Positions 9,269-19,730 of a DNA stretch of 64,000 nucleotides are shown here, piece after piece. The position numbers and the translations under genes were made by a program. Location: assembly GCA_021819825.1 (NCBI GenBank), contig JAKAEZ010000001.1, forward strand, positions 71,600-135,599, read 5' to 3'. The notes beneath the pieces were generated by a model. That model was not told the DNA's origin. It ran no database searches and saw nothing but the letters and a program-made list of their open reading frames with translations. The DNA is from Planctomycetota bacterium (GTDB lineage: Bacteria; Planctomycetota; Phycisphaerae; WQYP01). The first letter of the stretch is position 1. Each line of letters begins with the position of its first letter.

Positions 9269-11740
9269 ATGGAGAGGGAAGGCTGGGCCCGGCGGGTTGT
9301 GAACGAACCATCATTCATTCGCCGGGAGTTGGAATGCTCTGACGAGGTTTACGGCATGAACACGCTGTTAAATAACTCGACGATACAACGCCGCCGCTGG
9401 ATAGTCCGCGGTCAGGTGCAGGGCGTGGGATTCCGGCCGTACGTTTTCCGCCTGGCGCAGGAAGCCCACATCAGTGGTTTTGTGGCCAACGACAATCGGG
9501 GAGTGCTCATTGAAGGACAGGGGCCGAAAAGCAATCTTGATCATTTTCTGGAAACACTGAAAAGTAAACCTCCTCTCATGGCGCGAATTGACAGCATGAC
9601 CCAGGTAACCATTGCCCGAAGAGGGGAAGAACAGAATTTTTATATTATATCCAGTGAACGCCGCGGTTCGGGCCGGACAGATATCACCCCGGATACGGCA
9701 CTTTGCCCGCAATGTCGGCAGGAGATATTTGATCACACCAATCGCCGGTTTCATCATGGATTGGTCACTTGTACGAATTGCGGCCCGCGCTACAGCATCA
9801 TCCTTGATATCCCCTACGACCGCCCCGCCACGACCATGGCTGAATTTCCAATGTGCCCAAAGTGCCAAAAGGAATATGACGATCCCGCAAGTCGGCGTTT
9901 TCACGCACAACCGATTTCATGCCCGGATTGCGGGCCGCAAATTCAACTGGTCAATTCGCGTGGAGAAACCATGGATGGCGATCCAATCATTCAGGCGGCC
10001 GATATGCTGATGAACGGTGCGATCATAGCCATTAAGGGTATCGGCGGATTTCATCTAGCGGCTCGGGCGGATGATGAGGCCGCCGTAAGGCGGCTGCGGC
10101 AACTCAAGCAGCGCGACGCCAAGCCGTTTGCCATTATGTGCCGCTCGGTAAGTGATGCCCGACAATTTATCAAACTTAGCCCGGAAGTCCAAGGGGTCAT
10201 GGAATCGACGGTCGCTCCGATTATTCTGGCGATGCGTCAGGCCGATGCTCTGGTGGCTGAGGCGGTGGCAGGCAATAACTGTCGGCTGGGAGTCATGTTG
10301 CCGTATACACCTATCCACCATTTATTGTTCTCATACTTGGATAAGGACTTAGTAGCGCTGGTGATGACCAGCGGCAACATAACAGATGAGCCGTTGGCAA
10401 TAAGTAATTCCGAGGCCCTGAAGCGCCTGGGCGGATTGTGTGACGGATTTTTATGGCACAACCGCCCGATCGCCCGAAGTGTGGATGATTCCGTCCTTCT
10501 CGATATGGGGCCGGGCGGCCCTCCGGTCCCGATACGCCGGTCGCGCGGCATGGCACCATCGGCCATTGCGCTGACCGCCGGTGTGCCAGTCATGGGGCTA
10601 TGTCTGGGCGGAGAAATGAAAAATACGGTGGCAGTGGTAGCGGATTCTCAAGCGATATTAAGCCAGCATCTGGGGGATTTACATAATCAGTCGGCACGCC
10701 GGCAGTTTATTCAGACCATCGATGATTTATGCCGCCTTTACAAAGTCAGGCCGCAGTTCATCGCGCATGATCTGCACCCCATGTACCTTAGCGCGCAGTA
10801 TGCCACACAGCTAGCCAAGCGGTTTAGCGCGCCGCTCATTGCGGTTCAGCATCACCACGCGCATGCCGCGGCAGTGCTGGCCGAGCATGGCCTGGTTGGA
10901 CCGGTATTGGCATTTATTTGCGATGGAACCGGATTAGGTCCGGACGCAACCGCCTGGGGTTGCGAACTGCTGTGCGCAAGTAGTGAGACATTCCAGCGAA
11001 TCGCTTCGCTGAACCCGCTGTTATTACCCGGCGGTGACGTGGCTGCCCAGGACATTTCTCGCAGTGCTTTCGCGGTTCTTCATCAGACGTTTGGTGAGGA
11101 CTTTGATCAGCATCCGCTGGCGGCGCAACTTATTAAGAATTGTGATGACCGGCAAATGCTTAAGCTGATGATGACACGCAATCTTCATTGCGTCATATCC
11201 AGTAGTGCCGGGAGGCTCTTCGACGCTGTAGCCGCCCTGCTGGGCCTGTGTACTTACAACAGCTTTGAAGCGCAGGCCCCCATGGCACTGGAATCAGCGG
11301 CAGCCGGAGCACAAAGCCCACATCAATGCGCGAAACTGTGGGATTTTATCTACGATGACAACGGGCTGGAAAGACTTGATTTCCGGCCGCTGATTAAACA
11401 GTTGATTCAGCAACAGGACAATAATGTTCCGGTTGCCATGCTGGCGGCAGAGTTTCAACATCAATTTGCCGCCGGGTGGGCAGATATTATCACGCGAAAA
11501 GCGGTTGAAACAAATATCCACTTGGTCGCGCTGTCCGGCGGCGTTTTTGCTAATCAGTTGCTCACCGCTGATCTGTCGCATCAACTCCAGCGCCAGGGCT
11601 TGAGAGTACTGCGACACAAGAGTGTGCCGTGCAATGATGGCGGCCTGGCACTGGGACAGGCACTGGTTGCGGTAACACGTTGGAACAATGGATTGGACGG
11701 CAGAACAACATTGAAAACGGAGTGTGGAACATGTGCCTAG
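9269..11740 (+). CDS. hypF: [NiFe]-hydrogenase maturation carbamoyltransferase HypF
   Basis: Acylphosphatase domain (VRGQVQGVGFRPYV), two Zn-finger CxxC pairs (CPQCRQE…CTNCGPRY; CPKCQKE…CPDCGPQ), and YrdC plus Kae1-like domains. An alternative ATG lies at 9356. Confidence 0.95.
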   Translation: MEREGWARRVVNEPSFIRRELECSDEVYGMNTLLNNSTIQRRRWIVRGQVQGVGFRPYVFRLAQEAHISGFVANDNRGVLIEGQGPKSNLDHFLETLKSKPPLMARIDSMTQVTIARRGEEQNFYIISSERRGSGRTDITPDTALCPQCRQEIFDHTNRRFHHGLVTCTNCGPRYSIILDIPYDRPATTMAEFPMCPKCQKEYDDPASRRFHAQPISCPDCGPQIQLVNSRGETMDGDPIIQAADMLMNGAIIAIKGIGGFHLAARADDEAAVRRLRQLKQRDAKPFAIMCRSVSDARQFIKLSPEVQGVMESTVAPIILAMRQADALVAEAVAGNNCRLGVMLPYTPIHHLLFSYLDKDLVALVMTSGNITDEPLAISNSEALKRLGGLCDGFLWHNRPIARSVDDSVLLDMGPGGPPVPIRRSRGMAPSAIALTAGVPVMGLCLGGEMKNTVAVVADSQAILSQHLGDLHNQSARRQFIQTIDDLCRLYKVRPQFIAHDLHPMYLSAQYATQLAKRFSAPLIAVQHHHAHAAAVLAEHGLVGPVLAFICDGTGLGPDATAWGCELLCASSETFQRIASLNPLLLPGGDVAAQDISRSAFAVLHQTFGEDFDQHPLAAQLIKNCDDRQMLKLMMTRNLHCVISSSAGRLFDAVAALLGLCTYNSFEAQAPMALESAAAGAQSPHQCAKLWDFIYDDNGLERLDFRPLIKQLIQQQDNNVPVAMLAAEFQHQFAAGWADIITRKAVETNIHLVALSGGVFANQLLTADLSHQLQRQGLRVLRHKSVPCNDGGLALGQALVAVTRWNNGLDGRTTLKTECGTCA

Positions 11741-12021
11741 CAGTACCCGCAAAACTTATTGAGCAGGACGGCCACCACGGCGTGGTGGACCTGCATGGAA
11801 ATCGTCTGCCCGTGAACACAATGATGACACCCGACGCCCAGAGCGGCGACTGGATTTTAATTCACGCCGGATTTGCCATTGAACGCCTTGATCCGGAAGA
11901 AGCTCGCAAAACATGGACCTTGATTGCCGATGTGCAGCGCGCAGGCGGTGAACGCGCGGCGCAAGAACCGCCGCAAGGACGCTCGTTGGAACCATCGAAC
12001 ACGCCAGGAGGCCGGCTATGA
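11731..12021 (+). CDS. hypC: Hydrogenase maturation chaperone HypC/HupF
   Basis: Canonical MCLAVP N-terminus. The ATG at 11731 overlaps the hypF stop, and the stop is ATGA-coupled to hypD. The ORF-track start at 11680 was rejected. There is a ~25-aa C-terminal extension. Confidence 0.9.
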   Translation: MCLAVPAKLIEQDGHHGVVDLHGNRLPVNTMMTPDAQSGDWILIHAGFAIERLDPEEARKTWTLIADVQRAGGERAAQEPPQGRSLEPSNTPGGRL

Positions 12022-13154
12022 GTCTGACAGAACATGCCGTTGATGACCTGTTACATCGCCTTAACGTCGCGGCGAAAACGATTGGGCAGGACGTAGCCTT
12101 CATGGAAGTCTGCGGCACGCATACCACCAGTGCCTTTCGCTGCGGCTTGCCAAGCGTCATGCCCTCGAACGTGCGACTCATCAGCGGCCCGGGATGCCCC
12201 GTATGCGTAACATCGCAGGGTGATATTGAGCGGCTCATTGACCTGGGTTTACGGCAAGATGTTATTTTATGCACCTATGGTGATATGTTGCGTGTCCCAG
12301 GAAAACAGGGAACTCTGGAAGCCGCACGCGCCCGTGGCGGAAATATTGAGATTGTGTACAGCAGTATGGACGCGGTGAAGCTGGCACGCCGGAAACCGAG
12401 CCAGGAAGTGGTGTTTGCGGCCGTAGGGTTTGAAACCACTGCTCCCGCCACGGCAGCGGCGATCTGCGAGGCCCAGCGGCTTAATGTCAGTAATTTCAGC
12501 GTGCTGGCAAGTCACAAGCGGATTATACCCGCGATGCGAGCACTTTTAGCCGGTGGAGAAATTCCCGCGATAAAAGGGTTTCTCTGTCCCGGTCATGTGT
12601 CGGTGATTATCGGTTCGGAGGTCTATGCACCGATTGTCAAAGAATTCGGCGTATCGTGCGTGATTGGTGGTTTTGAACCGGCGCAGCTCATTGCGGCTCT
12701 GGTGTGCCTGACCGAGTTGGTTGTAAATAATAAAACCGCGCTGGTGAATCAGTACCCCGAAGCGGTGCATAAAAAAGGCAATCGCTGGGCGTTAGCCTTG
12801 CTGGAGCAGATTTTCGAGCCTGGGGATGCGCGATGGCGCGGCATGGGCACCATACCCGACAGCGGCTTGGTTCTGCGCCGTGAATATCAACGCTTTGATG
12901 CCGCATTACGGTTTAATCTCCCCGAACCACAGGAGCGCGAACCCAAGGGATGTATCTGCGGCAAAGTTATCAGCGGTGCGGCACTGCCCGTGCAATGTAA
13001 GCTCTTCGGAAAATCCTGCACTCCGATTTCCCCAATCGGGCCATGTATGGTCAGTTCCGAGGGGACTTGCTCGGCGTGGTTCAAATACGGGAATTTCAGG
13101 CAGGCGGCATTGCCCAGACGGCAAGCGAAAGAACTGCTCGAGGTGCAATCATGA
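12018..13154 (+). CDS. hypD: Hydrogenase maturation Fe-S protein HypD
   Basis: Motifs CGTHT, GPGCPVCVT, GFETTAP and CPGHVS. Length 378 aa. Confidence 0.95.
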   Translation: MSLTEHAVDDLLHRLNVAAKTIGQDVAFMEVCGTHTTSAFRCGLPSVMPSNVRLISGPGCPVCVTSQGDIERLIDLGLRQDVILCTYGDMLRVPGKQGTLEAARARGGNIEIVYSSMDAVKLARRKPSQEVVFAAVGFETTAPATAAAICEAQRLNVSNFSVLASHKRIIPAMRALLAGGEIPAIKGFLCPGHVSVIIGSEVYAPIVKEFGVSCVIGGFEPAQLIAALVCLTELVVNNKTALVNQYPEAVHKKGNRWALALLEQIFEPGDARWRGMGTIPDSGLVLRREYQRFDAALRFNLPEPQEREPKGCICGKVISGAALPVQCKLFGKSCTPISPIGPCMVSSEGTCSAWFKYGNFRQAALPRRQAKELLEVQS

Positions 13155-14206
13155 TTAAAACGCCATTACATAACGAATCCACACAGGCTCCCACGATGCC
13201 CGCACGGTTTACGCATGTGGCGTTGGCGCACGGCGGCGGCGGCCAATTGACGGATGTACTGCTTAACCAGATTGTCCTGCCACGACTAAGTAATCCGGCG
13301 CTATCGCAACTTCTGGACTCCGGCGTTGTCCCCGGGGGCAAGCTGGCCATGACCATAGACAGCTATGTTGTTCAACCGCTGTTTTTTCCGGGAGGTGATA
13401 TTGGCCGTTTGGCGGTAAGCGGGACCGTCAATGATTTAGCGGTATGCGGGGCCCACCCCAGAGCTTTGGCGCTGTCCATGATTCTGGCGGAAGGATTGGA
13501 ACGCAGCGTGCTGGAGCGCGTGCTGGACTCGGTCGCGGCAACCGCCGGCGAAGCGGGTGTACGCGTGATTACCGGTGATACCAAAGTGGTGGGACACGGA
13601 CAGGCCGACGGAATTTATCTGACCACCGCCGGAATCGGCGAATTATCCGACCAGCCGCTGCCCCACCCGGATCATGTGGAGCCTGGTGATGTGCTGATTA
13701 TCAACGGCCCGATCGCGGAACACGGATTGACAGTGATGCTGGCGCGTGAAATGCCGGAAGTGCGAAGCGTATTACGCAGCGATGCGGCCCCCCTTAACGG
13801 TTTGATAGAAACCTTGCGCCGGGCCGTTGCGGAAGTAGTGTTTATGCGTGATCCGACGCGTGGGGGTTTAGCGGGCCTGACCGCCGATCTCGCCGGGCGA
13901 ATCGGTTGGCGAATCAACCTGGAAGAATCACAGATTCCAGTAAACCCTGAAGCGAAACATGCGGCCGACATGCTGGGCCTGGACCCGCTGGAAATAGCCA
14001 ATGAGGGAAAAGTTTTGGTCGTCGTTCGGCCCGGCCAGGCGCAGGCGGCACTGGCGGCCATGCGACAGCATCCACTGGGAAAAGACGCGTGCATTATTGG
14101 ATCTGTCGCCCCGGAAAAAGATGGAATGTGCGCGCTGCACACATCCATCGGCGGATGGCGCATATTGCAGAAGCCTTATGGAGAACAATTACCGCGCATC
14201 TGCTAA
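13151..14206 (+). CDS. hypE: Hydrogenase maturation carbamoyl dehydratase HypE
   Basis: AIR-synthase-like PurM fold and C-terminal PRIC motif. Start placed at ATG 13151 (MIKTPLHNE…), overlapping the hypD stop. Confidence 0.95.
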   Translation: MIKTPLHNESTQAPTMPARFTHVALAHGGGGQLTDVLLNQIVLPRLSNPALSQLLDSGVVPGGKLAMTIDSYVVQPLFFPGGDIGRLAVSGTVNDLAVCGAHPRALALSMILAEGLERSVLERVLDSVAATAGEAGVRVITGDTKVVGHGQADGIYLTTAGIGELSDQPLPHPDHVEPGDVLIINGPIAEHGLTVMLAREMPEVRSVLRSDAAPLNGLIETLRRAVAEVVFMRDPTRGGLAGLTADLAGRIGWRINLEESQIPVNPEAKHAADMLGLDPLEIANEGKVLVVVRPGQAQAALAAMRQHPLGKDACIIGSVAPEKDGMCALHTSIGGWRILQKPYGEQLPRIC

Positions 14207-14245
14207 GCCCGCGCGGTATGTCACAGGTATTAAGGAGCTTTTACC

Positions 14246-14752
14246 ATGTCAACAGCCACGATTTTGTCCAAGCCTCCGACGGAGGATAAACGGTGGAAAA
14301 TCATTGAGACCACCATGCGACGCAATGATTTCCAACCCGACGCCCTGATTGAAAGCCTGCACAGCGTGCAGCAGACATTCGGGTTTCTGGATGTTCCATC
14401 CATGCGCTGGGTGGCCGGAGCGCTGAAAGTGCCGCTTTCCAAGGTTTACGGCGTGGCAACATTTTACCATTTTTTCACGCTTAAGCCGCAGGGTAAACAT
14501 GTGTGTGTCGTCTGCATGGGAACCGCCTGTTACATCAAAGGCGGGAAGCAACTCCTTGATGAGGTGCAGCGGCATTATGGCATTGCGGAAGGACAAACTA
14601 CCAAAGATGGGGAACTTTCACTGCTGGTGGCGCGGTGCATCGGTGCTTGCGGCCTGGCCCCGACGGCGGTGGTGGACGGACAGGTTTTGGGAAAGCGTTC
14701 GGCGACCGAACTTTTGGCGGCCGTGGATGACACTTTAGGAAGAAAGGCATAA
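14246..14752 (+). CDS. hoxE: Bidirectional hydrogenase diaphorase subunit HoxE (NuoE-like, [2Fe-2S])
   Basis: Thioredoxin-like 2Fe-2S cysteines (CMGTACYIKGG…ARCIGACGLAP) and RBS AAGGAG. Confidence 0.9.
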   Translation: MSTATILSKPPTEDKRWKIIETTMRRNDFQPDALIESLHSVQQTFGFLDVPSMRWVAGALKVPLSKVYGVATFYHFFTLKPQGKHVCVVCMGTACYIKGGKQLLDEVQRHYGIAEGQTTKDGELSLLVARCIGACGLAPTAVVDGQVLGKRSATELLAAVDDTLGRKA

Positions 14753-14754
14753 CC

Positions 14755-16407
14755 ATGAAACCCGAAGAATTAATGACAATGATGGAGAAGGCCCGCGCGG
14801 ACACGTTTGAGCACGAACTCCGTGTGTGTACCGAATCCGGATGTATGAGTCTGCAGAGCGATGTTCTGCAAAAAGCGCTAAGCGACGAGGTTAAACGCCG
14901 GGGAATATCGGATAAAGTATGTGTTAAAGGCGTCGGCTGCATGGGCCTATGCTGCAACGGCCCGTTGGTGAAAGCCGATAAGGCGATGTATCAGTTCGTG
15001 AAACCCGAACACGCCCCCGCCATTGTAGAGGCTCTGGCCACACAACCCATTAAAGAATTGCTATGTGATACGCAACAGCCGTTTTTCACCCGCCAAAAAT
15101 TGGTGGTACGCGAACATTTTGGAATTGTAGATCCGGAAAATCTCATGGACTGCATTGCCCATGGTGCCTATCAAGCATTGCTTAAAACCGTTACCACCAT
15201 GACTCCACCGCAGGTCATTCAGGAAATTTCTGATTCCGGGCTGCGCGGCCGGGGCGGTGCCGGCTTTCCAACGGGTTTGAAATGGGCCACGGTTTCAAAG
15301 GCCGGCGGGACCACCAAATATGTGATCTGCAATGGTGATGAAGGCGACCCAGGAGCGTTCATGGATCGCAGCGTGATGGAAGGCGATCCGCATCGAGTGC
15401 TGGAAGGCATGGCTATTGCCGCGTATGCCGTGGGAGCGGAAAACGGCGTGATATATGTCCGGGCGGAATATCCGCTGGCCGTGAAGCGCCTGACCAAAGC
15501 CATTAATCTGGCGCGGCGACATGAACTGATCGGCCACAATATCTTCGGCACAAAATTCAGCTTTAATGTTGAACTGCGCCTGGGTGCTGGGGCATTTGTC
15601 TGCGGCGAGGAAACGGCCCTGATTGCCAGCGTGGAAGGTAAGCGGGGCGTACCGCGTCCGCGCCCGCCTTATCCGGCCAACTATGGTCTATTTGGTTATC
15701 CCACGCTGATTAACAACGTCGAGACGTATGCCAACATCGCCCCGATTATCAATAAAGGGGCGGCCTGGTTTGCACAAATTGGAACTGAAAAAAGTAAAGG
15801 CACCAAGATATTCGCCTTAACCGGAAAGATCAAAAATACTGGTTTGATTGAAGTGCCCATGGGAATTGCACTTCGGGACATCATCTATGATATCGCCGGC
15901 GGTATTCCGGACGGCAAGGCCTTTAAAGCCGTGCAGACCGGCGGTCCTTCAGGCGGTTGTATTCCGGCGGATCTGCTGGATATTACCGTGGATTATGAAT
16001 CACTGGCCAAGGCCGGATCCATTATGGGATCGGGCGGCATGATTGTGATGGATGAAACCAGCAACATGGCCGATGTGGCGCGATTCTTTATGGAATTCTG
16101 CATGACTGAAAGTTGTGGCAAGTGCATACCGTGCCGGGTGGGCACGTATGAAATGCACGAACTCCTGGATCGAATATGTGAAAAACGCGGCACGCCGGAA
16201 GACTTGCAATTGCTGAAGGATTTGTGCGACATGGTCAAGCAAACCAGCTTGTGCGGGCTGGGCCAATCAGCGCCTAATCCGGTGCTTAGCACGCTGCGTT
16301 ATTTTGAGCAGGAATACCAAAACCTCATCGCAGAGGCACAAGCCGCGCGCGGACAGACGACCCATGCCGACACTAGTGAACACATTGAACTGGAGGTGCT
16401 CCCATGA
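14755..16407 (+). CDS. hoxF: Bidirectional hydrogenase diaphorase subunit HoxF (NuoF-like; NAD(H)/FMN, 4Fe-4S)
   Basis: Motifs GLRGRGGAGFPTGLKW, NGDEGDPGAF and ESCGKCIPCR. Starts 3 nt after hoxE. Confidence 0.95.
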   Translation: MKPEELMTMMEKARADTFEHELRVCTESGCMSLQSDVLQKALSDEVKRRGISDKVCVKGVGCMGLCCNGPLVKADKAMYQFVKPEHAPAIVEALATQPIKELLCDTQQPFFTRQKLVVREHFGIVDPENLMDCIAHGAYQALLKTVTTMTPPQVIQEISDSGLRGRGGAGFPTGLKWATVSKAGGTTKYVICNGDEGDPGAFMDRSVMEGDPHRVLEGMAIAAYAVGAENGVIYVRAEYPLAVKRLTKAINLARRHELIGHNIFGTKFSFNVELRLGAGAFVCGEETALIASVEGKRGVPRPRPPYPANYGLFGYPTLINNVETYANIAPIINKGAAWFAQIGTEKSKGTKIFALTGKIKNTGLIEVPMGIALRDIIYDIAGGIPDGKAFKAVQTGGPSGGCIPADLLDITVDYESLAKAGSIMGSGGMIVMDETSNMADVARFFMEFCMTESCGKCIPCRVGTYEMHELLDRICEKRGTPEDLQLLKDLCDMVKQTSLCGLGQSAPNPVLSTLRYFEQEYQNLIAEAQAARGQTTHADTSEHIELEVLP

Positions 16408-17132
16408 GTGCAGTTACTTCAACAACTCAATCCATTACGCTGACCATTGACGACAAAGCGATCAGTTGCCGTTCCGGCGAGACGATTCTGCAGGTAGCGC
16501 GGGAGAATAATATTGACATTCCCACACTGTGCTATCTGGAAGGATTGACGGTCTGGGGCGGTTGCCGACTATGCATGGTGGAAATCGCCGCGTCACCAAA
16601 ACTTCACGCGGCCTGCGCCACAGAATGTACCGAGGGTATGACCGTACGCACCACATCGCCGCGTTTGAAGCAGTACCGCAAGATGATTGTTGAAATGCTC
16701 TTTGCGGAACGGAATCATGTGTGCTCAGTGTGTGTGAGCAATGGGCACTGCGAATTACAAAATATGGCAACCAAGCTGGAAATCGATCATGTACGATTCC
16801 CTTATCGCTTCCCCCATCTGGCGGTGGATAATTCACACGATTATATGCGGCTGGATCACAATCGGTGCATTTTATGCCTGCGCTGTGTGCGCGTCTGCGG
16901 CGAGATCGAAGGGGCCCATACCAAAGATGTTAAAGGCCGGGGCGTGCTATCCGCGATTATCCATGATCTGGATGAACCTTGGGGCGATAGCCAGACCTGC
17001 ACGGGATGCGGTAAGTGTGTCAATGTATGTCCAACCGGCGCATTAACCCACCGTGGCACCGCCGTAGGCGAAATGACAAAGAAGACCGAGTTTTTACCTT
17101 ATCTAACCCTGATGCGGGAGGTTAAATTATGA
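16404..17132 (+). CDS. hoxU: Bidirectional hydrogenase diaphorase subunit HoxU (NuoG N-terminal-like Fe-S)
   Basis: 2Fe-2S ferredoxin motif (CRSGE…CYLEGLTVWGGCRLC) plus 4Fe-4S Cys clusters. ATGA overlap with hoxF. Confidence 0.9.
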   Translation: MSAVTSTTQSITLTIDDKAISCRSGETILQVARENNIDIPTLCYLEGLTVWGGCRLCMVEIAASPKLHAACATECTEGMTVRTTSPRLKQYRKMIVEMLFAERNHVCSVCVSNGHCELQNMATKLEIDHVRFPYRFPHLAVDNSHDYMRLDHNRCILCLRCVRVCGEIEGAHTKDVKGRGVLSAIIHDLDEPWGDSQTCTGCGKCVNVCPTGALTHRGTAVGEMTKKTEFLPYLTLMREVKL

Positions 17133-17707
17133 CCACGACAACAACTGCAACAACAACCAGGCCAACGGTCGCAACCGTCTGGCTGGACGGCTGCTCGGGG
17201 TGTCACATGAGCCTGATGGACCTTGATGAGCGGCTTATTACCTTGGCCGGACTGGTGGATATATTACATTCACCGGTCGTGGATCCTAAGGAATTTCCGC
17301 AAAGCGTGGATGTAACATTGGTGGAAGGGGCGGTCAGCAGTGAAGAAGATTTGCACAAAGCCAATGTCATCCGCGCACATAGCAAATTCGTCATAGCTTT
17401 GGGGGACTGCGCGGTCACCGGTAATGTTCCCGCGATGCGCAATTATTGGGACCGCTCGGACTTGTTTGACCGGGCTTATGTGGAAAATGCCCAGGAGCCG
17501 CCCACAGCCGAAGAACGCAAAGTCATCCTTCCGCTGACCGTTGTACCGCCCTTGCGTCCGCTCGCCACACCCCTGCACGAGGTAATCAAGGTGGACCTGT
17601 ATCTGCCGGGTTGCCCGCCGCCCGCGGATGCGATCTGGTTTGTGCTGACGGAATTTCTGGCGGGACGCGTGCCCAACGCCATGAGCGTTTCGCGCTTTGG
17701 AAAATGA
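17129..17707 (+). CDS. hoxY: [NiFe]-hydrogenase small subunit HoxY (cytoplasmic, no Tat signal)
   Basis: NuoB-like fold with Cys motifs GCSGCH, GDCAVTGN and LPGCPP. ATGA overlap with hoxU. Confidence 0.9.
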   Translation: MTTTTTATTTRPTVATVWLDGCSGCHMSLMDLDERLITLAGLVDILHSPVVDPKEFPQSVDVTLVEGAVSSEEDLHKANVIRAHSKFVIALGDCAVTGNVPAMRNYWDRSDLFDRAYVENAQEPPTAEERKVILPLTVVPPLRPLATPLHEVIKVDLYLPGCPPPADAIWFVLTEFLAGRVPNAMSVSRFGK

Positions 17708-17751
17708 ATTGTGCCCGGAGGCCATGGTGCTTAACAAAAAAGGATTTTATC

Positions 17752-19182
17752 ATGACACGAACCATTACCATTGACGGTGTTACCCGCATAGAAGGACATG
17801 CCAAAATAACTATTCACCTTGACGAATCCGGCAAGGTGTGCGATGCGCAATTTCATGTGACGCAGTTTCGCGGATTTGAAAAATTTGTGGAAGGCAGACC
17901 CCTTACTGAAATGCCCGGCATTATGGCGCGTATCTGCGGGATATGTCCCGTAAGCCATCTGATGGCGGCAGCCAAGGCCTGCGATGATATTCTGGCAGTT
18001 GACATTCCACCTACCGCGGACAAACTCCGTCGCATCATGAATCTTGCGCAGATGGTGCAGAGTCATGCTCTGTCTTTTTTTCATCTTTCCAGCCCCGATC
18101 TGCTGTTCGGGATGGACGGTGATCCGCTGCGGCGCAACATTTTTGGATTGATCCGCGAGCACCCGGATTTTGCACGTGATGGAATTCTGCTGCGCAAATT
18201 TGGGCAGGATGTTATCGCCCTGCTGGGCGGGAAGAAAATACATCCGGCGTGGGTAGTTCCGGGGGGCGTTAATGCCCCGCTGACGGAGGACAAACGCGAT
18301 GCGATTCTCAAAGAGATTCCGGCGGCCATGGCGCGGGTAAATCGCGCGTTGGATTATTTTCATCAGGTGGAAAATCGTTATCCGGCGGAAGTAGATGCAT
18401 TTGCGAATTTTCCGACGCATTTTGCCGGGCTTGTAAATCCTGAAGGTCTGCTGGAGCACTATGACGGAGCCATGAAATTCGTGGACCACCAAGGTTTCCC
18501 GATTGCGGAACTGGGGCGCAACGATCAGCGGCACTATGGAGCGCTCATTGGCGAGGCCGTTGAGAAATATTCGTATCTCAAGTTCCCTTATTTCAAGCCC
18601 CAAGGATACCCCGCAGGCATATATCGCGTCGGTCCGCTGGCCCGCCTGATCGTGGCGGAACGCTGCGGTACAGTGAACGCGGATAAGGAATTAGGTGTGT
18701 TTCGCACGCGCCTGGGGCGGGCGCCACAAAGCAGTTTCCATTACCACTGGGCCAGACTCATTGAAATTCTTTACGGCATTGAAATGATTCAGCGCCTGCT
18801 GCAATTTCCCGACATTCTCAACACTCATATCCGATCACGCGCTCGGCCCAATCGGCTTGAAGGCGTGGGTATATCAGAGGCACCGCGCGGCACGCTGATT
18901 CATCACTACAAAATTGATGAAAACGGTCTGATCCGCTGGGCCAATTTGATTATCGCAACCGGTCACAATAACCTGGCGATGAATCTGGGCGTGCGACAGG
19001 TTGCCGAAAGATTTGTGGACGCCGAGCATCTAAGCGAAGGCATGCTTAACAGAGTCGAAGCTGTTATCCGCTGTTTCGATCCTTGCCTGAGTTGCTCGAC
19101 GCATGCCCTGGGACAGATGCCATTGCGGATTGAGCTGTGTCGCGCTGACGGCGAGGTGTGCGATGTACTGCAACGAGATTAA
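17752..19182 (+). CDS. hoxH: [NiFe]-hydrogenase large subunit HoxH
   Basis: N-terminal [10 protein letters not shown] and C-terminal DPCLSCSTH motifs, plus a ~24-aa cleavable tail. Start placed at ATG 17752 ([19 protein letters not shown]); the track start at 17611 was rejected. Confidence 0.95.
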   Translation: MTRTITIDGVTRIEGHAKITIHLDESGKVCDAQFHVTQFRGFEKFVEGRPLTEMPGIMARICGICPVSHLMAAAKACDDILAVDIPPTADKLRRIMNLAQMVQSHALSFFHLSSPDLLFGMDGDPLRRNIFGLIREHPDFARDGILLRKFGQDVIALLGGKKIHPAWVVPGGVNAPLTEDKRDAILKEIPAAMARVNRALDYFHQVENRYPAEVDAFANFPTHFAGLVNPEGLLEHYDGAMKFVDHQGFPIAELGRNDQRHYGALIGEAVEKYSYLKFPYFKPQGYPAGIYRVGPLARLIVAERCGTVNADKELGVFRTRLGRAPQSSFHYHWARLIEILYGIEMIQRLLQFPDILNTHIRSRARPNRLEGVGISEAPRGTLIHHYKIDENGLIRWANLIIATGHNNLAMNLGVRQVAERFVDAEHLSEGMLNRVEAVIRCFDPCLSCSTHALGQMPLRIELCRADGEVCDVLQRD

Positions 19183-19711
19183 TGCGACGATCCCCCCGGT
19201 TGAAACACTGGTTATCGGCTATGGCAATACCTTGCGTGCTGATGACGGTGCCGGACCGGCGGTTATCGAGAAACTGACATCAATTCTGCCTCGGCGACTT
19301 GCGCAGAAGGTTCAACTGCTTTCCTGCGGACAACTGACACCGGAGCTCGCAGTGGATATCGCTCCATGCCAAAGGATTATTTTTATTGATGCCAGTATGG
19401 CGCTTCCAGCGGGGAGTATCTCCATAAACCCGGTTCAGGAAGAATGCGGTGCGGTGCTCATGGGGCACTATTCCACACCGGGAACCGTGCTGGCAATGGC
19501 ACGAAGCGCGTTCGGCGCACACCCCCATGCCTGGGTGGCGGCGATCGGATGTCAAAGCGTAGAAATAAGCGATAAATTAACGCCTAGGGTGGCCACTGCT
19601 GTTGACCGCCTCGCAAGGCACGTGTACCACGCAATAGCACGATGGAGCAAGGGACAAACATTCCTGCCGGAAATGCTGCCGAATTCGGAACCGGCACTCA
19701 AGGCAATTTGA
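19163..19711 (+). CDS. hoxW: Hydrogenase maturation endopeptidase HoxW (HybD/HyaD family)
   Basis: LVIGYGNTLRADDGAGPAV motif. The start is uncertain (19103 or 19163); both overlap the 3' end of hoxH. Confidence 0.8.
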   Translation: MYCNEINATIPPVETLVIGYGNTLRADDGAGPAVIEKLTSILPRRLAQKVQLLSCGQLTPELAVDIAPCQRIIFIDASMALPAGSISINPVQEECGAVLMGHYSTPGTVLAMARSAFGAHPHAWVAAIGCQSVEISDKLTPRVATAVDRLARHVYHAIARWSKGQTFLPEMLPNSEPALKAI

Positions 19712-19730
19712 AGATTATGAAAGGACTGAT

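Noticed and set aside
17611-17751. Upstream ORF-track starts for several genes: hoxH at 17611, hypC at 11680, hypE at 13043, hypB at 24741, nifJ at 19642 and pntB at 26955
   Set aside because: Family-conserved N-termini ([40 protein letters not shown]) and RBS positions support the downstream ATGs. The track also reports TTG and GTG codons as 'M'.
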